This document shows, in pieces, positions 34,781 to 41,125 of a DNA stretch of 41,125 nucleotides. Made by a program: the position numbers and the translations under genes. The notes under the pieces were generated by a model, which saw only the letters and a list, made by a program, of their open reading frames with translations, was not told where the DNA came from and did no database searches. The stretch's first letter is position 1. Every line of letters begins with the position of its first letter. The DNA lies in UHGV virus genome UHGV-0206991; one strand, written 5' to 3'. This DNA is from a virus.

Positions 34781-35926
34781 ATGATTTACGCAATGAATTT
34801 GCAGCTTTTTAACAACACTCAGACCACCGGGAGTAGCAGCCTTTCCGTCGAAATGAAAACCTACTACGACAAGCAGCTCCTTGACAATGCGGAGCCCACG
34901 CTTGTGCACAGACAGTTTGGCATGAAGCGCCCGCTGCCCAAGAACAACGGCAAAAACATAGAGTTCCGCAGCTTTTCCTCGCTGCCCAAGGCGCTGCAGC
35001 CCCTTACCGAGGGTGTAACCCCCAACGGCCGCAGCCTGCAGGCACAGAACATCACCGCAACTATTGAGCAGTACGGCGACTATGTTGAGGTATCCGATCT
35101 GCTGGATCTGACCGCATACGACCGCATTATCCTTGAGAGCAATAAGCTGCTCGGATCTCAGGCGGGCCGCACGCTGGATACCATTACCCGCGATGAGGCC
35201 AATGCCGGTACCAATGTGCTCTACCAGAGCAAAAAGGACGGCACCTCAGTACTGACCCGTCACGATCTCGCCGCTGACAGCGTGCTGACCGTGGATACCG
35301 TGTTTGAGGCCGCAGCCATCCTCAAGGGCAAAAACACGCCCATGATCGACGGCTCCTATGTGGCCATTATCCACCCGCATGTGGCAAAGGACTTCATGAT
35401 TGCCAATCGTGAGGCCGGTACATGGGTGGACATCAACAAGTACTCCAACAGCACCAAGATCTTCGAGGGCGAGATCGGCAAGGTAGCCGGAGTGCGCTTT
35501 GTGGAGAGCTCCGAGGCAAAAATTTGGAAGGACAGCACCTGCCCGGCACTGTCCTACAAGCAGACTTCCGATTCCGCGCCGCAGGCGGACAAGCAGTACT
35601 ATACCAAGTCCGGCGAAACCTACACCGCCACCGACTTCCCGCTTTCGGCATTCACCAGCGGCACGACCTACTACGAGGCAGCGACTATGCTTTCCGTATA
35701 CTCCGTGCTGGTTATAGGCGAGGGCGCATACGGGGTAACTGATCTTGAGGGCGGCGGCCTTGAGATGTTCGTCAAGCAGCTCGGCTCTTCCGGCACTGCG
35801 GACCCGCTCAACCAGCGTGCAACCATCGGCTGGAAAGCGGCCACCGTTACAAAGGTGCTCGCCGAAGACTACATGGTGCGCATCGAAACCGCCAGCTCGT
35901 TCAGCAAGAAGAGTCAGGCAAACTGA
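34781..35926 (+). CDS. Major capsid protein, N4-gp56 family
   Basis: MNLQLF leader; EMKTYYD..L..AEP.LVH.QFG; GEIGKVAGVRFVE; DPLNQRATIGWK. Confidence 0.9.
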   Translation: MIYAMNLQLFNNTQTTGSSSLSVEMKTYYDKQLLDNAEPTLVHRQFGMKRPLPKNNGKNIEFRSFSSLPKALQPLTEGVTPNGRSLQAQNITATIEQYGDYVEVSDLLDLTAYDRIILESNKLLGSQAGRTLDTITRDEANAGTNVLYQSKKDGTSVLTRHDLAADSVLTVDTVFEAAAILKGKNTPMIDGSYVAIIHPHVAKDFMIANREAGTWVDINKYSNSTKIFEGEIGKVAGVRFVESSEAKIWKDSTCPALSYKQTSDSAPQADKQYYTKSGETYTATDFPLSAFTSGTTYYEAATMLSVYSVLVIGEGAYGVTDLEGGGLEMFVKQLGSSGTADPLNQRATIGWKAATVTKVLAEDYMVRIETASSFSKKSQAN

Positions 35927-35929
35927 TCT

Positions 35930-35964
35930 GAGGGGCGGAGGCGGCAAGCCCCGCCCTTATTTTT
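35930..35964 (+). terminator. Terminator after the capsid gene
   Basis: AGGGGCGG...CCGCCCTT stem followed by ATTTTT. Confidence 0.6.
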
Positions 35965-35985
35965 AAGCTTAAAGGAGGCTTTTAT

Positions 35986-36234
35986 ATGGCCAAGGAAAAG
36001 GAAACCGTGCAGACAGAGGAGACACCCGCACCGAAGATGGTGGACATCATGATTGAGCGCCACTCCCCCGACGAAAAGGATGTCTATGTTGCCGTGAATG
36101 GCGAAGATTATCTCATAAAGCGCGGCGTGCATGTGCAGGTGCCCGACTATATAGCGGCGGTTTTGCACAACAGCCAGCGGATGAGGGCGGAAGCAATGGA
36201 GCGCAAGATGGCGCTTGCTGAGCGTCGGCGCTGA
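35986..36234 (+). CDS. Small head-associated hypothetical protein
   Basis: RBS AAGGAGG; V.VNG..Y.IKRG..V.VP motif seen after capsid genes. Confidence 0.65.
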   Translation: MAKEKETVQTEETPAPKMVDIMIERHSPDEKDVYVAVNGEDYLIKRGVHVQVPDYIAAVLHNSQRMRAEAMERKMALAERRR

Positions 36235-36253
36235 GGCATGCGCCGGAATAACT

Positions 36254-36279
36254 AACGGTAGCAATGCTGCCGTTTTTTT
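36254..36279 (+). terminator. Rho-independent terminator
   Basis: AACGGTAGC-AAT-GCTGCCGTT plus T tract. Confidence 0.7.
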
Positions 36280-36296
36280 GATATCAGGAGGTAATT

Positions 36297-36659
36297 ATGA
36301 CCGTAAAAAATGTAATATCCCGTTTCAAGCGCCTGAAGCCCAACCAGATGAACACGGACGATCTGCTGCTGTGGATATCCAATGTGGACGCCGCCGTGTG
36401 CATGGAAATATTGCAGCCGCGCACAAAGGAAACTATACAACTGCCCGTGTATACAGCTGCCGACGATACGGAGGTGCTTATTCCCTCGCCGTTTTTGGAC
36501 GCATACATGTACTACCTCGCCGCTATGACGGACTACTGGACGCAGGATACGGACGGTTACAACAATAACATGTTCGCCTATACCACTGCTTTTAACAATT
36601 ACCGTGACTATTCCAACCGCTCGACGGCAGTACAGTGCAGGCAGGGAATTATGGTGTAA
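36297..36659 (+). CDS. Head-tail adaptor protein
   Basis: RBS AGGAGG; size, position and LIPSPF...Y.YYLAA motif. Confidence 0.6.
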   Translation: MTVKNVISRFKRLKPNQMNTDDLLLWISNVDAAVCMEILQPRTKETIQLPVYTAADDTEVLIPSPFLDAYMYYLAAMTDYWTQDTDGYNNNMFAYTTAFNNYRDYSNRSTAVQCRQGIMV

Positions 36660-36672
36660 GGGGGGTACGCAA

Positions 36673-38463
36673 ATGAATTATCCGCAGCTTTCCACGCAGA
36701 CTATCAAGCGCACAATGATCAATACCTTTGCGGGCTACGATCACAGGCTTGTAACGAGCGACACCACCTTCTACGACATGCAAAACATGTGCACGGGGCT
36801 GTATCCGGCCATATCCACGCGCCCCAAAAGGGCAAAAGTGAGCACGCTGACGGACGCGCGCGGGCTTATTGCAAAGGATTCCCTCTGCTGGATAGACGGC
36901 AATGCGCTGTATTACAACGGGAACAAGATCACCGGGATAACGCTTAACAGCAGCACGCCTAAGCAGATGGTATCAATGGGCGCATACCTTGTCATATTCC
37001 CCGACGCCGTGTATGTAAACACAAAGGATCTCAACGAGTACGGCAGCCTCGGCGCGTCGTATGAGCTGCCTGCGGACAATACCGTTACCGTGACGGTATC
37101 ACGGCAGGACGGCACGGAGTACGAGAATCTGCTTGTGAGCAATACTCCGCCGGAAAACGCAGCCGTAGGCGATTACTGGATAGACACAAGCGAGAGCCCC
37201 AGCGTGCTTAAAATGTACACCTACGAGGAAATATGGGCTGATGTGCCGGTATCTTACTGCACCGTAAAAGCGACCGGCATAGGCGCAGGATTCAAGACGG
37301 GCGACGGGCTTACCATTACCGCATCCAAAAATCTGGGCGGCGCGCTGCCCTTCGGCGAGGAAGGGAATTATTCCGCAACACTTGTTATGTCTGCCGTTAC
37401 GGACGATACCCTCACCTTTGCCGGGATAATGAATACCGCACAGGTAGTCTATAACGCCGGGGATATTACCCTTAAAGCAGAGCGCCGCATACCGAAGATG
37501 GATTATGTGGTGGAATCGCAGAACCGGCTGTGGGGCTGCTATTACGGGCTGGACGACGAGGGTAAAACCCTGAACGAGATATACGCAAGCGCGCTCGGCG
37601 ATCCTAAAAACTGGCAGACATTTCAGGGCACGGCTGCCGACAGTTATATAGTCTCACTCGGCTCGGACGGCGTATTTACCGGGGCGGCATCGTACCAAAA
37701 CAGACCCGTGTTTTTCAAGGAGCAGTGCATACACACTGTGTACGGCGATTACCCGGCAAATTACACCATGCACACCGCCAATGTGCGCGGCGTACAGAAG
37801 GACTCGTGGCGCAGTGTAGCCAATATAGGCGGTGTGCTGTACTACAAATCGCCCACGGATATATGCGCATACGAAGGCAGCATACCGGTAAGCATCTCTG
37901 CGCAGCTCGGCGACGATAACGCCGTTTTCAGCCACGCTGTGGCCGGTGCAAACGGCACATTGCTGTATATCGCCCTGCGCAGCGGAAACACCGATACGAT
38001 GTATGTATACGACACACAGCGCGGCATATGGAGCAAGGAGGACGAGGTAACGCCCATAGCTTTTGCAAGCGACAGTTCCGGGCTGTACTATATCACGCAA
38101 AACGCCCTCATGCGGACTGTGTATACACAGACCGCGGGAGGAACGCCGGAGCAGGAGGATATAGAGTGGTCATTAACGACCGGGATTCACGGCTTTGAAA
38201 ATCCCGACGGCAAGCGGCTGCGGCAGCTGAAGCTTAACATGCTGGCCGAAGAGAACACCGCCTGCGAGCTGGAAGTGATGTACGATTCCAGCGGCGCGTG
38301 GCTCAAGATTGCGGATTGCTACGGCAGCGGGCTCACCAAGTGCACCTCAGTTATTTTCATTCCGCAGCTGTGCGACCATTTTCAGCTGCGCCTGAGCGGC
38401 TACGGATATATGCATCTTGTGTCCGTTACAAAATCCGTGCTTTACGGAGGTGAGAAACGGTGA
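36673..38463 (+). CDS. Tail nozzle / DNA stabilization protein (P22 gp10-like beta-propeller)
   Basis: DMQNM...[27 protein letters not shown]; follows the adaptor. Confidence 0.7.
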   Translation: MNYPQLSTQTIKRTMINTFAGYDHRLVTSDTTFYDMQNMCTGLYPAISTRPKRAKVSTLTDARGLIAKDSLCWIDGNALYYNGNKITGITLNSSTPKQMVSMGAYLVIFPDAVYVNTKDLNEYGSLGASYELPADNTVTVTVSRQDGTEYENLLVSNTPPENAAVGDYWIDTSESPSVLKMYTYEEIWADVPVSYCTVKATGIGAGFKTGDGLTITASKNLGGALPFGEEGNYSATLVMSAVTDDTLTFAGIMNTAQVVYNAGDITLKAERRIPKMDYVVESQNRLWGCYYGLDDEGKTLNEIYASALGDPKNWQTFQGTAADSYIVSLGSDGVFTGAASYQNRPVFFKEQCIHTVYGDYPANYTMHTANVRGVQKDSWRSVANIGGVLYYKSPTDICAYEGSIPVSISAQLGDDNAVFSHAVAGANGTLLYIALRSGNTDTMYVYDTQRGIWSKEDEVTPIAFASDSSGLYYITQNALMRTVYTQTAGGTPEQEDIEWSLTTGIHGFENPDGKRLRQLKLNMLAEENTACELEVMYDSSGAWLKIADCYGSGLTKCTSVIFIPQLCDHFQLRLSGYGYMHLVSVTKSVLYGGEKR

Positions 38464-39128
38464 AGGTAGTTATTACGCCGCCGCAGATACCCAACGACAA
38501 GCAGCTCCTTGCCGTGTACAGTTATCTGTACCAGATGTCGCAGCAGCTGAATACAGCCCTAAACAGCCTTTCTGCGGATAACTTCGAACAGAATACCGCA
38601 GGGGCTATAAAAAACGCCGCAGCGGGCGTTTCTGCGGCAAATAACACCGATAAGCGCGAGCTTAAAGCACTGATTGTAAAGACGGCGGATATAGTGCGGG
38701 CGGAAATGGACATTCTGCGCACGGAGCTGCGCACAAACTATGTGGCGCAAAGCGAGTTCGGCGAGTACAAGGAAACCGTCACGCAGCAGATAACGGCGAC
38801 GGCTGACGCAATCGTGCAGGAGTTCAACGCCACCTATGAAATCGTATCCGAACTGGAGGACTACCAAAAGGAGCTTTCGGGTTATATCAAGACCGGTATC
38901 CTTGAGGACGGCGTCATAGGCGTGGAGATATCGCAGGACGGCGATTTTAAGGCGCGTTTCGCGGCAAATAAGCTGTCTTTTTATCAGGGGCAGACAGAGG
39001 TGGCATATATCTCAAACAACCGCCTGTACATAACAAATGCCACCATTAAAGGCACACTGGATCTCGGCGCATTTCAAATAGACACGAGCAACGGCTTTGC
39101 AATACGGTACATAGGAGGGGATAACTGA
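38460..39128 (+). CDS. Tail structural protein with coiled coil
   Basis: GTGA overlap; LSFYQGQTEVAYISNNRLYITNA motif. Confidence 0.6.
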   Translation: MKVVITPPQIPNDKQLLAVYSYLYQMSQQLNTALNSLSADNFEQNTAGAIKNAAAGVSAANNTDKRELKALIVKTADIVRAEMDILRTELRTNYVAQSEFGEYKETVTQQITATADAIVQEFNATYEIVSELEDYQKELSGYIKTGILEDGVIGVEISQDGDFKARFAANKLSFYQGQTEVAYISNNRLYITNATIKGTLDLGAFQIDTSNGFAIRYIGGDN

Positions 39129-41092
39129 TGGCAACGGCAACATACTACGGCACGGTAACTTACAGTGACGGACAGGCGCATAACTGGTACGGCGCAAAGC
39201 TTGTGCTGCGCGATGTGGCTATCACCGGCACAAATTCCTCCCGCGTATACTGGGACTACTATGTGTGGATGAAAAGTGCGTCCCTGACGCCGTACAAGTA
39301 CAAATACGGCAATAAGCTGACGCTGTCCATGAACAATACCACCCTCATAGACACAGCCAACTACGGCACGCATGATGTTACGGGGCATGTGGGCGAGGAT
39401 AACGCGCTCAAGTATGCAAGCGGCAGTACGGTGATTCAGCACGACGCAAACGGCACGAAAACCTTCATCGTTAGCCTTGTGTACGAGCAGACGCAGACCT
39501 CCACCCTTGACAGAGTCAATGTTATAGGCACATATACCTGCTCCCCCATTGCCCGCACCTCTGCCCTGACGGTATCCGGCGGCTTACTGGGCAGCGCACA
39601 GACAATAGGCATAACTCGGCAATCGTCCGCTTACCGTGATACCGTGACATACTCCGTCAACAACGGCGCATACACGGGTACTCTTGCAGAGCTTACGGCC
39701 GAGGAATCCCTGAGCTGGACACCGCCCCTCACCTATGCCTCAAACGATACAACAAAGGCCGAGTGCAGCTGCACCTACACCATAACCACCTATAACGGCT
39801 CGGCGGTAGTGGGTACGGCATCGGCAACGGTTACGCTGGCACTGCCCGCTTCGGTGGTGCCGGTGCTGCCCGAAGGCACGGTAAGCGCGGCGCCTGCACA
39901 GTCATATGCTGCCCTGACCGGGTACTCCGGCTATGTGGCCGGGAAATCCGGCGTAAAGGTAAGCATAGGCAGTGTTCCGGGCGACGCTTACGGCGCGACC
40001 ATTGCTTCCGTGAGCATCAAACTCGGCAGCACGGAGAACACCTACGCCACCCTGCCCTGCGAATCCACCATAACCGGGCTTGCGGAGGGGCAGAACACGA
40101 TCACCTATACCGTCACAAACAGCCGCGGGCGAAGCACGAGCGGAACTCTTGCCGTCACTGCGGTAAAGTATATATCCCCGTACATATCCGGCATAGCGGC
40201 ACAGCGCTGCAATGCCGCAGGAACACTGCTTACCAACGGCACATATGCAAAGCTCAGCGGAGCACTGGGCGGCAGCGCATACGGCGCAAACGGCTTTCAT
40301 GTTTCCGTAGCCGTGGCGGGACAAACGGAAACGGGCTCGGGGCTGCCGATGATCGTAGGCGCGGGCGCGATATCCCCTGCCGCGACATATCAGCTTACGG
40401 CCACTGTTACGGACGATCTGGACGGCACTACGGTGTATGTGCTCAATATCCCGGACGAGAGCATCCCCTTCCATATCAAGGCCAACGGTAAGGCCGTCGG
40501 CATAGGCGCATATGCAGAGGACGACGACACCCTGAATATCGGTTATGCAAAGGTGCTGCTTAACGGCGTAGAGGTAAACCTCGGCGGCGATAAAACCAAA
40601 CTGGAACTGGACGACAACGCAGGCAATACCCTTAGCATGCAGGCGGACGGCTCCACCGTAATCGACACAACGAAACCGCACCCCGCAGAGGCGGGCGCAA
40701 CATTAGGCGTTAAAATGGCGCTTGCAAACCAAGCAACGGACGGAATAATGGGGCGTGAGCGCGGCATTACCTTTTCGATGCAGCGCAGGCTCAGCGGTGC
40801 GGATCAGACCTATATCGGCTATCTGCTCACAACCGGCATGCTGGAAATCCGTTACGGCACCACAGGGCAGCTTAACACAAGCGCATCGGGCGTGAAAACC
40901 ACCTTCTCCCCCGCTATGAGCAATGCGCCGCAAATCGTCCTTTTAACGCCGAAAACAGGTGTTGCCGGCGTGGCCGCACCGAAGGTGGTAAGCATGGACA
41001 AAACAGGGTTTCACGCCACTCTGGGCGGCTCTACGGGTGCGAACACAACCTGTTATTATCTTGCCATCCGTTTTAACTACTGGCCGAATTAA
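39128..41092 (+). CDS. Tail fibre / receptor-binding protein (DUF859-like, Ig/FN-like beta domains)
   Basis: T/S/G/A-rich beta domains, HDANGTKT motif, C-terminal fibre-tip-like domain. Confidence 0.65.
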   Translation: MATATYYGTVTYSDGQAHNWYGAKLVLRDVAITGTNSSRVYWDYYVWMKSASLTPYKYKYGNKLTLSMNNTTLIDTANYGTHDVTGHVGEDNALKYASGSTVIQHDANGTKTFIVSLVYEQTQTSTLDRVNVIGTYTCSPIARTSALTVSGGLLGSAQTIGITRQSSAYRDTVTYSVNNGAYTGTLAELTAEESLSWTPPLTYASNDTTKAECSCTYTITTYNGSAVVGTASATVTLALPASVVPVLPEGTVSAAPAQSYAALTGYSGYVAGKSGVKVSIGSVPGDAYGATIASVSIKLGSTENTYATLPCESTITGLAEGQNTITYTVTNSRGRSTSGTLAVTAVKYISPYISGIAAQRCNAAGTLLTNGTYAKLSGALGGSAYGANGFHVSVAVAGQTETGSGLPMIVGAGAISPAATYQLTATVTDDLDGTTVYVLNIPDESIPFHIKANGKAVGIGAYAEDDDTLNIGYAKVLLNGVEVNLGGDKTKLELDDNAGNTLSMQADGSTVIDTTKPHPAEAGATLGVKMALANQATDGIMGRERGITFSMQRRLSGADQTYIGYLLTTGMLEIRYGTTGQLNTSASGVKTTFSPAMSNAPQIVLLTPKTGVAGVAAPKVVSMDKTGFHATLGGSTGANTTCYYLAIRFNYWPN

Positions 41093-41095
41093 GGC

Positions 41096-41125
41096 GGGGA
41101 GAAATATAAGCCGCACAATGCTACA
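41096..41125 (+). promoter_or_regulatory. Phage late promoter motif completed across the circular junction
   Basis: GGGGAGA (41096-41102), 19 bp, TACA (41122-41125) plus AT (1-2) = TACAAT, preceded by TGc. Confidence 0.75.

Larger units (their letters stand above)
1..41125. mobile_element. Temperate phage genome, excised/circular form, podovirus-like
   Basis: Full set of integrase, repressor, replication, packaging, head, tail and lysis modules. Intact attP at 16811-17040. Promoter motif continues across the end/start junction. No major tail or tape-measure gene recognised. Confidence 0.93.

Noticed and set aside
36749..36758. 10-nt match (TTGTAACGAG) to the reverse complement of mini-array spacer 2, suggesting self-targeting
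   Set aside because: Too short, at the PAM-distal end, and compatible with chance. I saw no convincing self-protospacer by eye, though the search was not exhaustive.
39128..41092. Diversity-generating retroelement or invertible tail-fibre system
   Set aside because: No reverse transcriptase, invertase or duplicated template region seen.

Overview
The window looks like one complete, circularly permuted genome of a temperate, short-tailed (podovirus-like) phage of a Gram-positive host, probably gut Clostridia. Two observations support this: a phage late promoter is completed across the window end/start junction, and attP is intact, with a tRNA 3'-half core. Gene order runs: virion/ejection genes (a peptidoglycan-binding protein and a 2978-aa polyvalent protein with zincin, MuF-C/BECR-like and two ART-like modules), lysis, an accessory region, attP/integrase, immunity, recombination/replication/methylases, an acr-aca-like operon, then packaging, head and tail (TerS, TerL, portal, Prp protease, scaffold, N4-gp56-type capsid, adaptor, nozzle, fibre). 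The strongest unexplained signals are: (1) a cas-less, independently transcribed type I-C-like mini CRISPR array whose RNA is clamped by a 5'/3' stem; (2) a consensus antisense promoter and ~75-nt structured sRNA hidden in the nuclease-like module of the polyvalent protein; (3) an antisense-overlapping 51-aa peptide resembling the C-terminal helix of a tandem-HTH repressor; (4) five GGGGAGA-N19/20-(-10) late promoters, one driving an HTH gene that may activate an 11-bp-phased repeat promoter and an uncharacterised six-gene cluster; (5) an arc-sar-ant-like antirepressor cassette; (6) an LRR / acidic protein / HTH candidate anti-CRISPR operon. All family assignments come from recognising motifs by eye; no database search was run.
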